Source: Fimicolochytrium jonesii
Lineage: Eukaryota
Direction of reading: 5' to 3'
Assembly (NCBI RefSeq): GCF_025526975.1
Contig: NW_026515674.1
Location: 496,001-560,000, forward strand
Length of the DNA stretch: 64,000 nt
Part shown: positions 21,652 to 34,030 of the stretch, piece after piece
How the letters are laid out: each line of letters begins with the position of its first letter
Numbering within the stretch: the stretch's first letter is position 1
Program-made: the position numbers and the translations under genes
Notes under the pieces: model-generated
Databases searched by the model: none
What the model was told of the DNA's origin: nothing
What the model saw: the letters and a program-made list of their open reading frames with translations, nothing else

Positions 21652-24600
21652 TTATGCTGATGTCGATGCACTGACAAGCTCTGAGAGATCGGCCTTGTCC
21701 GCCCACTTCTTGACGGTGGCCTCGTCGCGTTTGTCTGATGGGAAGAAGGCGGATATCTGTATTGGTTCCGGGTGGGCTTCGTCCGTGGCCAATACTCGGG
21801 CCATCAGGGCATCGGAGCCTTCTGCCGCCTTGATGTCTTTCAACACTGCCGCGAGAATTTGCGTTGCTGGGGGCTTGATAGATTTGGATTCGATGATTGG
21901 CTCCGAGAACTTGAGAATATCCCATAGTGTGATAACCCCATCGGAGATCAACCGACCCAGCAGATCCCCGAGGTTGGTGAAGTGCGATGGAATATCGATC
22001 TGGACATCCTCGGCAAACTCGACATGCCCCGGTAGACTAGAGAAGGCAAGACAAAGAAGAATGCGTGAGCAAACAATCCCTCGTATATCAAGGCCATATC
22101 CCGCATGTATACTTACATCGCCTTGATCTGCTCCTGTGTAACGATTCCGTCCTTGTTCAGACTCGATACGAGTTTCCGTGTCTTCTTGATCACGTCAGGC
22201 TTTTTGTCCCACGTGGCGTTCAGAAGTTGGTCAACGAAAACGTCGTGGTGTGCGGGGGCATCAATGTCCTTCAGTGACAGCACGACCTCCTAAAAGTGAC
22301 AACGAACGAGGCAGAAGTCAATAACTGCCGACCGCGAGAAAAGGGAATGTGAGTCTACAACATACCTTCACATCACCCAAACCAACCCATTCGTCCACGA
22401 TTCCCTTATGCTTCTTGGCAGCTGCGTCCTTCGATATTGCCTTTTTAGGGGCATCCTCACGCTTGGGGCTCATAGAAGTGGGCGTCGACGTGTTGGATGG
22501 TGCAAGTGGCGGTTTGCGGCCTTCATCGACAGACTTCTTGCGCTCGTCCATCAAAACACCGAACATGTTCGACGCGGTGGTCAACGAATTGTCGGAGGAG
22601 CTCTGCGCACGGTTCAAGGCAGCGCCAGCGTCATCCTTCTTCTTATTTCCCCAACCCATCGCACCCTTGCCAAATCCAGGGCCTCCACCGGGCCCAAGCA
22701 TCAACGGAATGCCCGCCGCACTCTTCATCTTCCCAAAGTTTGCAAGCTCCCGTGGATTCGCAACGTTGTTCGACGAGTTCGTGCGACTCGGTCCCTGACC
22801 AACAGTGTTCCAGCCATCTGGTCCAGCTTGGCCACCCTTCGGGCCCGAACTTCCTCGCCCGTCGCCGCGACGATCTCGGTACTGGTCGCCCCCACGACCG
22901 CCACCACGACCTCCCGAACCACGAGAGGACGCCTGTCGATCCCGAGCAGCTGCTTCATCAGCCGCGGCTTTCCTCTCAGCGTCGGCGCGGATCTCGGCGA
23001 TCGTTTTGGGACCCGTGGGCTCGTTACGTCCCTTCCAGCCCTCCTTGCGAAGGTCGATCAGGTCCATCAACATGAACCGGATACGAGACGAGAGTTTTTG
23101 GTTCACCGAGAGCTCGGTAATCCGCTCGAAGTAGGCAGCCATGTGGGCATGCGCGTCCATGTGCTCAAGACGGGGACCGATAGTGGACAGAAGCTTGCAT
23201 AGGGACTCGACCTCTTCCTCCTCTGGGTCAGTCACGTTCTTACACAGCTGTCCGAGGCACGCGTGCATGATTTTTTCCGTAATCAGGCCCTTGATAAAGA
23301 GTTCTCCAATGAAGGAGATATTGCCGAGTACACGACGCTTGAGCTTTTGTCGTTCGTAGTCTTCCTCAGCGATATTCCGCTTCTCTTCATCTGTCATGGT
23401 AGCTAGGCGAGTCCGGGCTTCACGTCGTTGTTCCGTAAGCTTATCCTCTGCCTCGGACCATTTCGCACCCTTTTCAAATTCGCTCTGACACCGGCTCAGT
23501 AAGACACGTCGGAAGGTATTCGTCTTTGGCGTGGCGTCAATCCATGTTTCAATATTGGGCAACTCGTTTGACATGCGTTGGCACAACATAGCATACATGG
23601 AACCGAAGTTGGGTTCGTCCAGGGCTTTCTCAAAAATGAGATCGATGACCCCGCGGAGAAGGGGTTCATTTTGCATGCCGACGTGTAGAATTTGCCCGCA
23701 AATGGATTCGAACTTTTCGATCGTGAGCTTGTTCAGTAATCCTTTTGTCTTCTTCATTATTTGATCGAACTGGAGCTTGGCAGCGTCCTCGCCCTCGGCT
23801 TTCGTAGGGTTCTTCTTCAACGTCGCCGGTGTCCACGCATTCTCGGATTTCACAATCGGAGCCACGGGTTCTAGGTTCATATCGGCAACCGTGTCTGCGC
23901 GACCAAATCCAGGTCGTCCACCGCCCACACTATTGCGCGGTCCTCGGCTGCCGCGACTGTCCCTCCCTCCCGAATCGCGCTGCCCTCCCGGGGTTTCCTT
24001 GAAGGAAACCTGGCGTGAGATCGATCCGCGAGCGGATTGGGACGACTGGCGGGTCATGCGCGCGTTCATAGGTGGGGCCACGCCGCTCATAACCCCCATG
24101 ACGCCGGACACGCCCATGTGCCGCTGAGCCATGCTCTGTGCAAATCGGTCTTCACTGGTTTTGCCCGTAGGCCCATTGCTTGAACGGCCGATGTCAGACG
24201 TTGATCCTTGACGAGACAGGGGGCGCGATCCGGGGCCCTTGGAGTCCCTCCGATCGTTGCGCGGTGCGGTGCCCGCCGAGTCGAAGATCGAGTCCAGACT
24301 GCCGAGCCCCTCTGGCTTCTTCTTGATAAGGGGTTGGAACGACATCAAAAAGTCACGGTCATAAACGTATGGCTGACCGGGTTCCTTGACTGGGCTCTTC
24401 ACTTCCGGGGGGTAGGTGAGTCCCTCGAAGGTTTCCAAGCGGATCATCTTGGGTTTTTCTGCTTTCGAAACCGGTGTCTTCACGGGACCGTCTGCGGACG
24501 GTGCGGCTACTGACTTCTTCGAGGGTGCCGGGCTTTCCGGAATTTCGCCTTCTTCCAAGCTGCTCTCCTTTTCTTTGGGTTCGGGGCTTGTGACCGTAGC

Positions 24601-27566
24601 TGGGACCTTCGCAGGCTTGTCCCCTTTGACGTCAGCGTCCGCTGTTGCCTTAGGGGCAGCTGGTGTCTTCCCAGCGTCAGCTTTCGCGGTGACAACGGAC
24701 TCCTTCTGCGGTGCAACGACCGAGGGTGCAGTTTCCATTTCGGGTTTGATCTCGGCAACTGGTTTGGGTGTGTCCACGACCGAAGGTACATGCGCAATGG
24801 TCTTCTTGTCTTCGATCGCTACTTCAGTTGCTTTGGGTGCTTCCTCCTTCTTGGTCGGAACGGAAGGAACGGAAGGCGTTGGTTTTTTGTCCGTTGACAC
24901 AACCGCCGGTTCCGCCTTATCCGCAACTACCTTGTCCGCAACTACCTTCTCCGCAACAGCCGGCTTCTCCTCGGCCTTCACAACGGGCTTGGAAGCTGCC
25001 TTCTCGGCGGGCTTGAGCTGTTCGACAGGCTTTTCCGCAGGTGCTGGGATGGGCTTTACGACAGGTTTCTCTGCAACCTTCGGTGTTTCAACCACTACAG
25101 GAGCGGCTTTGGGTTGCACAGGCTCCGCTTCCTTCGCAGGTTTGGGGGCTGCCTCTGCGACGGCGGGCTTCTCAGCGACCTTTGGGTTCTCGATAGCAGG
25201 AGCCGCGACTTCCTTGGCTACCGGTGCCTCTTTCGTGGTTTTGACAGACGCCTCCGTTGCCTTCGCAACCGATACCTCATCTTGCTTCGATGGAGCGGAA
25301 ACAGCAGCCGGTCCGTCCGCGTGGGCCTTTGGCGCAGAGACGCTCGACACCGACGCAACAGACGCACCTTGGGATAAGACGACCGACTCGCCGGTCTCCG
25401 GATTTTTTAAGGTGATCGGAGTGCGTTTGACGGGGGCAGGCGCCGAAGGTGTGGCTGCCGGTGGAGCTGCAGTCGCTGGCGCGGGCGTTGCTGTCGGTGG
25501 TGCGCTGATGGTCGGTCTAGTTGTAACCGTAGCCGATGAGCTCTTTGGAAGATCTAACGCTTTGCCGTCCGGCGTTTTGAGAGAGATGGCGGCTCTCGGC
25601 TTAGGCTTCGCTGGTGTGGCCTGCTGAACGGCGCCACCTTGCTGAGACGACTGGTTCAGGATTGGTGGGCCAGTGTACCGATTCGAAGTCGGGGGCGCGC
25701 CGCTCTGTGGCTGCATGCCTTGAACCATATACCCTTGTTGAGGGTACTGTTGAAACGCATACATGTTGGCGTATTCCGGCGAGTAGTACTGAGGCATATA
25801 AAACATATGCTGTGGAGAACCCATGGACGTGGGGGCCATCGGTTGTACTCCCTGTGGCATTGACATGCCAAGGGGCATCCCTTGGTTGCGCGGGTTCCTT
25901 CCTTGGTACCCGGGCATTGGGGGCGGCCTCATGGAATTGCCGTGCTGGGGTTGCACGTTTCGCGCGTATGCGTGCTGCTGGGCTTGCGCCCATTGGTGCT
26001 GGTTGGTGCCTTGATAGTGGTTAGGCGGCGCGTGATGTCCCTGGCTGACATTGGTTGGCGGGTGGGGTAGCCCCGCATGGTGAACGGACGCCGTCCCAGT
26101 CTGCGCCGCCGGATGCGGTGTTGGGGTATCTGCGAGCGGTGCAGGTATTGTGTGGGTGGCTTCGGAAACAGCGGCGGGGGTACTCGCGACGGTGGTTGGT
26201 GGTACTTGTTTTATTGATGGGGGTGCGGACATTGTCCTTGGTATCGCTGCCTGAGGCGCCAAGTTTCGGACGGCTGCCGGTATGGGGGTCGGTTGGGCCG
26301 TTATCGGTCCGGCAACCGAGGGTGTTGGCAGTGCCGCAGGAGAAACCGACACTTCCGGCGCAGCCGGTGCCTCTGCAATTGCCGTCGCGTCGGTAGTCGT
26401 CGCGGCATCTGAAGGCAGCGGGGCAGCGGTTGCCTCGTCGAAGGAGCCGAAGCTCGGCTTCTTATTCTGAGGCCCCGCAGAGGCCGATTGTTGCAGTTTC
26501 CGAAGGGCTGCACCCTTGAATTGAACACCCGTATCGGGACTAGCCGCCGATTGTCTGCTTGAGGGAGGAGAACGAACAACGTGAGCAACCATCAACAATC
26601 AGGATATCATCAACCCTGAAACTATCAGCGATCATCAACCATCAACCAATCAAGTTGGTTGATTGGTAAGATGGTTCGATCGATGCATGAGTGAGGGGAA
26701 TCTTGAGCGCGCAATGTGGTGCTCGCTTCGCTCGCAAACAATCTGACGCTCGCTGAGGCTCGCTAAGAGCCGTAGTTAGGGGAGTATTGTGACTTTGACG
26801 AAGAGGTTCGCTCGCTTCGCTGCGGTCTCCCAGGCTGAACCAGCCTCGGTTCGCTCAACAAACGGCTCCGCTCGGTAAACCCTCGGCTCGCAGCTCACCT
26901 TGCATTAGCGTCCTTCTTTTGCTGCCCTTTGTTCCCACCGGCGCCGCCCTTTCCCTTTTGATGCGTTCCCCGTGGAGCGTTCGCGTTATCCCCATTAGGC
27001 GCTTTTGGGGGCATCGAAACGCTATGCACTGGCGCACCTTTTTGCGGTCCATTGACCGTCCCCAGTGCCGCCGCCCAACTCAGTGGCTTGGTTGCGGTGG
27101 TCGGTCTTGGCTGCTCCCCATTGGCGACCGGAGTAGCTTCTGTCGCTGCTATAGTGGTGGGAGTATGAGTATTAGAGAGTGCGGGAGAAGTGACTTTGGT
27201 GGTGGAATGGGGTGCTGTTTCAGCGACTGATCGAGTGGATGCCGCTGACGAGGGACGGCGTTGGGATTGTACCGGGTCACTTGCAGGCACAGCACCTTTG
27301 GGCCCGTCCTTGGCAGCAGAAGGTATTTGCTTGGCTTTGTGGCCGGTATTCTTCTTATGGTTGCCCGCAGTGCTGCCTCCGAAGCCACTCTGATCCGTTC
27401 CTGTCCGTTCGGGTTTAGGCGGGCGTTGCTGTTGCTGCTGCTGCTGCTGTGCCGGCTGCTGCTGTGCGGCAGGAGCAGGCGGCTGCTGAGGGTTCGGTGG
27501 CGGCACCGAAGCCTTCTTGGCCGCACCCGAGGAAGCACGCTGTGCCCAGGTTGTTGTCGTGGTCAT
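21652..27566 (-). CDS. TIF4631: Translation initiation factor eIF4G; multi-exon
   Basis: eIF4E-binding motif YDRDFLM, MIF4G domain (LLNKLTIEKF...FEKALDEPNF...RRVLGNISFIGEL...SSRIRFML), C-terminal MA3-like domain. First intron 26898-26555. Confidence 0.95.
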
Positions 27567-29179
27567 GATGATGTGGGTGGTGGGAGGGGGAGGCGGGTCG
27601 ATTGTGTCCGCAACACCCGTAGTGGGACTGCGACGTGAAGTAAGACTCTTGACGAAGCCCAAGGAGAGGATGGGGTACGTTACGATCCGGTGCGGGCTTG
27701 TTGTGAAGGTGGGGACGGTGTGCCTACGGCGGCTACCGCTGTGCGAGTGGGTGAGGGAGGGTTGGATCCCGTTGTCGAACGAGGGTTCCAAGAGGGCGGG
27801 GGCCGACTTGCGTTGGGGGGTCTTGCCGAGACCGAGAGGGCAAACAGAAAAACAAAAACCGCGAGGGGGAGTCACCACCACCGGCTGCCCACTCAGCGAC
27901 GAGGCCGACGAGGAGGCGGACGAAGAGGCGGAACGCGAGCGGAACAGTGGGTTGCCCATTTGAAATGATTGATGTGCTGTATGAGGGGAAAGGGGCGGTG
28001 GCTTGCGTGTGTCGAACAGGGAATTAACGCGTGCGTGGGCAAGCCATCATGATGATGATGAGAGAAAGAAAAGAGAAGTAAGACACGTGAATATGACTCA
28101 TTGCACAATTAAAATGTGAGATATAGATGATCAAGCTCCTCACGTGAAGACGCGGTGTCCGAATGAACTGCGCAGTAGTCGGAGAAGGATTCAAGGAGCG
28201 GAAGAACGGAAGGAAGAAACCTGTCAATCGCACAAATTGTTGGAAGATGTGTCAGTTGACCCAACAGAAGCAATCACATAATCTCAGGAGTCGCCTTTGC
28301 ATTGCCCGCCGCCGCAGTTGACGGCGTCCGTAGCAATGGTGGCGGACAGTATCACATATAAGATGGCAGTTGGGAGGCAGGTCGCCCCGACGAAGCCTTT
28401 GGCAAACGTCTCTTGTTCATCATCGTAACCATCCTTTGCCTAGCTGAGATGCGCTCGCTTTTCTCGCACACATCGCTACCAGTAGACCACGGTTGAGCTC
28501 AATCAAGCTCCCTCGGCACTCTATAGACGCTTTTTCAGAAGTAAGTCACCTGTTGGTTTGAAAAACGGATTGATTGGCGATTGTGGCGGTAATGGCGGTT
28601 ACGATACGGCAACGATGTGGAAGAGGGAAAAAGGGAAGCAGGCGGAGGGGGTGGATTCCTCCACGGGGTATAAATACTGGAAATCTAGTGCACTGGGGAG
28701 TACGCCATCCCGGGCCTAATTCCCTCGAGCTTCTTAATACACAAGTTCGCCTCTCTTCGAAAAACTTAAGATCCGCCCCCGAATTCCCGTTCAAAGTCCC
28801 ATTTCCCGAACATCGCTTCATTACATCTCAATCGCTAGTGAGGCGTAAAGGAGACCTGGCCCGGTGCGGGAGGACTTCTTTGTTCTCCTCGCCGCCCCAT
28901 CAAATGGCTGAGTTGTTTACATCGATGTTGCGCAAAACCCGCTCAATTGCGTCAGTGCGAGAGAGAGCGAGAGAGAAAAAACGATCCAGGCCAGTGTGCA
29001 TTCGCCAAGTCCGTCGACTCGCTTAACCTTGTTTTCATGGACGCCGTCGTATGCGCATCGATGTTTGCCTTTTTAAACGTCTGGAGGCAGGGCATGTCTG
29101 GGAGGAGATGGCGAGAGATAGCATACGCTTAACTCGCGCGTGTCTCAACCGGCCTTTAAATGGACGGGCTGGGTCGGAT

Positions 29180-29180
<1 letters not shown>

Positions 29181-29210
<30 letters not shown>
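29181..29210 (+). repeat. C30 homopolymer in a long intergenic region
   Basis: 30 consecutive C. Confidence 0.95.
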
Positions 29211-31331
29211 TTGCATTTTTCAGCAGTGGTGGGTCGGGCGAGAACCGAGACGGATGAGGACAGACACCCCGTATGTACCAGACGAACCAACCAACTGTAA
29301 GTTCTACACCCTTTCGATGCGTTCAGAGAGACGTACTCGGGACCCACCTGTCTCGCAGACGCCTAACCCCATCGAAACAGGTCTGGAATGGTCTGGAAAG
29401 AGATATATCGAGGAACAATACCAACGGATACCTGTAATGATGACGAACATCGATGAGCGCAAAGCGATATGGTTTGGGACTAGTTGGGCGGAGCATGGGT
29501 GCGCAAGTAGTGGAACGATTGCATGGACTGGGGGCGCCATGCGATTTGAAATGGAATACACGGGCCCGGAGAGAACCAAAATGGGCTCGAATGACAGCAC
29601 TGTTTCCATGCGGGCGACATTATGGTATAGGACGGCACCTCCCTGTTTGCGAGGGCAGGACATGTGTTTGCACGGGACTCGGCGTCGATTCAAGCGATAT
29701 TGTCATGTTTCTTGGGCGGTCTCCTCATATACATATGGTGGCGAGACAAGCGATGGTGAATGCATAGGACAGTAATCCACCAGCGCACGATGTACGGACA
29801 GAATAAGTGAAAAAAGCAGATGAGAAGTGCAACGAGGGCGCATTGATGAGTTCAGACACATCTTCCAGCCTGGGCGCTAAATAGGTTTGCAGTGATGCTG
29901 TACGTGGACGGTGCGTTTCCTCGCCAATCCGGAGACAGTTAGCATGATGATGACCATAACATGTCACCAATCGCATACCAGGAGCTGTTATTCGCCGTAG
30001 TTGGACCTTGGGGGAAGTTACGCGAGCGGAGTTATCGAAAAATGACATTATTGACACATTTTGTGGGGGACGATGATTATGGCAACAAGCACATGTGAAA
30101 ACCGCGACGGTGATGGAATTACAAAGGGGCGGTTGCAGCCGGACACATGGGCTTACTGAATCAATCATTGGAGACCCCCACATTGGACAGTGTCAAGAAT
30201 TGGGCCCATGATGCTCCCATGCGAAAATGAGATGGGAAGGAGTCTATTGGAAAGGGACGGTTTGAGGCGATGTGGCTCTGAGCGATGAAACGCTTGAAAA
30301 GTCCCTATCGTGCCCACGGAACAACAGGACTGGCGTAGCTGGGCTATCTGCAATACATTTGCAAGGAGGGGCTGGACGCCTGGACAGCATGGACCGATGA
30401 CAATATTTGACGAGGCGCGCGAGTTCCGGAAAAAAAAACCTACTTCGGCGAGTACACGCGAAGAAGTCCAGACGAGGAGGATACCGTAGAATGCTAGCGC
30501 ATGCACATGTGGCAGCTACATGCAACGAGTTCACATCGCGCTTATGCTATGGACGATTTTCAAAGCGCGTCTTTGATGCCCCACATGCACTTTTCGGGTC
30601 GCGGGAGGAAAGGAACCGTTTGCTACTATGTATTTCGAGGCGCGACACGAAAAACATGCAGATGGATGGCATGAAAGTGCCACGCTGGCTCAGGGAAAGA
30701 ACCATGGATGCAGCGCGCCCGGGAAGCAAAGGATTGCTCGGATGCCCATCACAGTGGAAGAGGTTTTCCTTACAGTTCTCCGCGAGGTCGCGCGTTATCT
30801 GTCGAAGATGACGTCGAAGTTCGATTTATGTAGACGGCGAGCGAGTCTGATTCAAGGGATCACTCGCACAGCGGAAGCGAGGATTTGTGGAAAGTAACTA
30901 CCTGGCTACTCTCGAATTTGCTTGGGGTGCCAATACGTTGAGTCTAAAGATTCCTCTTTAGGGTCTCATTTTCAGCATACGGACTAGGGTTTCGTAGGAT
31001 ACATGAAGGCCAACGGTGCCCAATCTCTAGAACGGTAGGGTGAGACCGCGGGATGGAAGCAGCATACATACGGTTCGCTGGAGTGATGGAGAAAGGGCAT
31101 CAACCTGCTAGGGAGAGCAGACATAGATGGATGGATGTAGCGAAAATAAAGGTATTGGCGAGAGCAGGGTGGTGACACCGGATTCCTTCCTTCTCGAATA
31201 AGGGGAATGTAGAAAGACTAAGATAGCAGCCAGCGCTTTGCTCATTATCAAAATATGTACAAAAAGCAGCTTCAGTCCCATCTAAAACAGCAATTCGAGT
31301 GATAGTAAGGGTATACATGTCTTTTGCAACA

Positions 31332-33104
31332 TCACTTCGTATCCACAGCGCCCGATCCAAATTGTGCAGTTCCGACTGTAGTTCCACCAACTTCCACCTC
31401 TTGCTCTCTCATTCGAACGTCCGCGTTACTGGCTTCCGCTTGCGCCTCCGCCCACAACCTCTTCATCCTCACAGTCGTCGCGATACCGAGCGAAACGCCC
31501 AGAATCCCAACAACGGGCATAACCCAGACCTCATATCCGCGGACATTGTCCGCCCCGACGCCCCGTCTTATCCCATCCGTGACGAGCGCCATAACCAACC
31601 CAAAGATCTGACCGGTGGCCCATAAACCCGACGCACCGATCCCTTCCACTCCCGCTGCGGAAAGCGGCGGCGCTACAACCTCTGTGTGGGCAACATTGGC
31701 GCTGCTCAAACGCTCCGGCTTGATGTAGGTAATCTCAACCATGAGTTCAAGCGAGGTGGGGAGGACGGCGAATGCAGCGAACCCGAATATGGCGGAGAAG
31801 AGCATGAGGAGGGCGAGGTTGTTTTCACGCATGGATGCTGAGAAGGCGATGAGGGAGAGGTAGGCTAACGCGTAGGCGGTCTTGAAGATGAATGAATGTG
31901 GAGACACTGGGTGATACCATCCATTTTTCTTGACACTAGCAGGAGTTTGTGGTATCGCCGCAAGGGGGGTGGGTGCAACAGTTGGAAGATCCGTCGTAGA
32001 CGACGGCTTGGAAAGGGATGCTACGTTCGCCGGAGCACGTGCGCGGAAGTACTCGAACCGATACGCCCGGTCCAGAAATACAGATGCAGCCAGCGATCCA
32101 AAAATCCCGCAAATGATAGCCGCAAACCCGACGTATCCCGCCTCGTCTTCCGAATACCCGACCTCCCCAGCGATGAAGGACAACTCGGAAACGAAGGTGT
32201 TGAAGATGCCGATGGCGACGCCGAACCCGATCATCAGCTTGATGTACTGAGGATCGTTGACTAGCTTATGAACACACACCATGAATTCTGCTCTTGTCAA
32301 CGTGTGGCCGGCCGGCGCAGGTTCCGGGTGGGGCGGAACCATCGCGGAATGGGGGCTTGTAATGCCTTTCGATGGAGATGGTGGGTCCTCTGTGGTCCCA
32401 CTGCTTCGTCTCAGAAAGCCCACCGACGTGGTGGAATGTGGGCCGTCTCTGAACAGAAACCAGGAGAACGGAACCGGTAGACTAGCGACTATGGCCGCGA
32501 CGAGCAGAGCGGACGGGATATTCTCGGGCTTCGAGTCCACGACCATCGGGACGGTGACGAGGGCGACCGCGGCTCCAATCGGATTGGCGATGTTCATAAC
32601 TCCATCCGCCAACGCCCGCTCGTTCATCGGGAAAAAGATATTCGCAATCTTTGGTGGTGCAGCAAGGATGAAAGGCTGCGCGGTGGCCGACAACACCTGG
32701 CCCACGAACGCCAGAGCAAATCTCCCATCCACGCCGGGAAGACTTGACGACGCGTACCTAATCCATGCCCCGACGACGTTCAGAAGCGTTCCGAGTAGCA
32801 ATCCGGCACGTAGGCCGTAGACATCAATGACCCACGATGCCACGAGTGTCAGTGGTATAAACACGGCCATATACGAAAGCGAGAACCATCTGCAGAAAGG
32901 GGGATGTCTGTGAGGATAAGCTCAGTCAACAACGCGAAAACAGGCCGCGATCTTCATTTACGTGATGGCCGATTCGTCTCTTTCATAATACTGAGCGCTT
33001 GTTTTGGAGGCGCCGGCGTACGTTGACCATAGCCAGGCATTGGACAGATTTAAGAAGGCGGCCGCCACGGCGAACGGCCAGCGAAGACGTGAAGGGGAGG
33101 GCAT
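31332..33104 (-). CDS. MFS transporter, SLC49 (FLVCR/DIRC2)-like; 2 exons
   Basis: RWPFAV...LNLSNAWLWSTYA...WFSLSYMAVFIPL...DVYGLR...GAWIRY...GQVLSATAQPFILAAPPKIA..FFPMNERALA; many TM helices. Confidence 0.88.
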
Positions 33105-34030
33105 GTTTCAGTACCCTTCGCACTCGAACTTAGAAAGAAAAGCGGACGTTCAAGCCGCGCAGCACGGAAAAGGCCACCAAGAAATCCAAGCGCACCAGGG
33201 CTACAGGGGGCTGCGGGCAACAGCGCTATTTATATGTTTCTCGTTGGGCTTCGTTCGGGGCCATAGCCGCGCAGGGACCAGAAAGTGACAGATTGTTCAA
33301 ATTTCGGGCGTCCGTGACCGTGACCGCGTCCACAACCCACCAGATTCTAGATCTACGCCGCCCAGGTCACTGGTAGTCGGTATGCACTTCAGCACCTTGT
33401 GGGCGGCCATAATGGCTGCCAGCGTCCTCGTCCCATGGACACAAATGGGGCAAAGTATATAATGTACGAGTCGCCAAGTGCAGCACAGAACTGTCAAGTT
33501 CAAAGGACGTGTATAGCGCTCTTGAACCCTCTGATCTCAGATGTCATCAGCTGTGCGGTTGACTCCGATTCGCGTCCATCGTACAACGACGAACGAACAC
33601 GGCCGCAGTCAAAATCACCCGGTTCCCATCCAGTGGCCAAATCACGAAAAGTGTATCATGTATGTAGTCGTTCCGACCACTGGCATTCATTTGCACAACA
33701 TATTAGCTTTGCCAGGGGTTTACAGTTTGATTTTGTATTCGGGCCGAGGGCAAAACACATGGTTTTTAAATACAATGAGCCCGGCAGCTTTAAGCACTAA
33801 CACAAGACCACAAGAGTTGCAGGTCAACTCTCACTCATTTAACAAGCAGCTTTGGCGACCCTAACGTTTTTGTGCAGGAATCGAAGGGTTACAGATCGCA
33901 AGATGCAAAAGCACAGACGAGAGGGCGAGGCCAAAGCTGTGTTTCTTCGGTGTTCTTTTTTGGGAGTCCAGATCGATTCTTCTCAAGAAGCAGACCGCCT
34001 TCCTTTGATGGTTGAATCTGAGTTTCGTTT

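Noticed and set aside
22349..26470. Long plus-strand ORFs (e.g. 24416-25627)
   Set aside because: Antisense shadows of the eIF4G exon; the same applies to those opposite RPB1, GH76, the MFS gene and DZIP1.
29140..29775. 211-aa ORF with poly-Pro
   Set aside because: The poly-Pro comes from the C30 tract; no motif or splice support.
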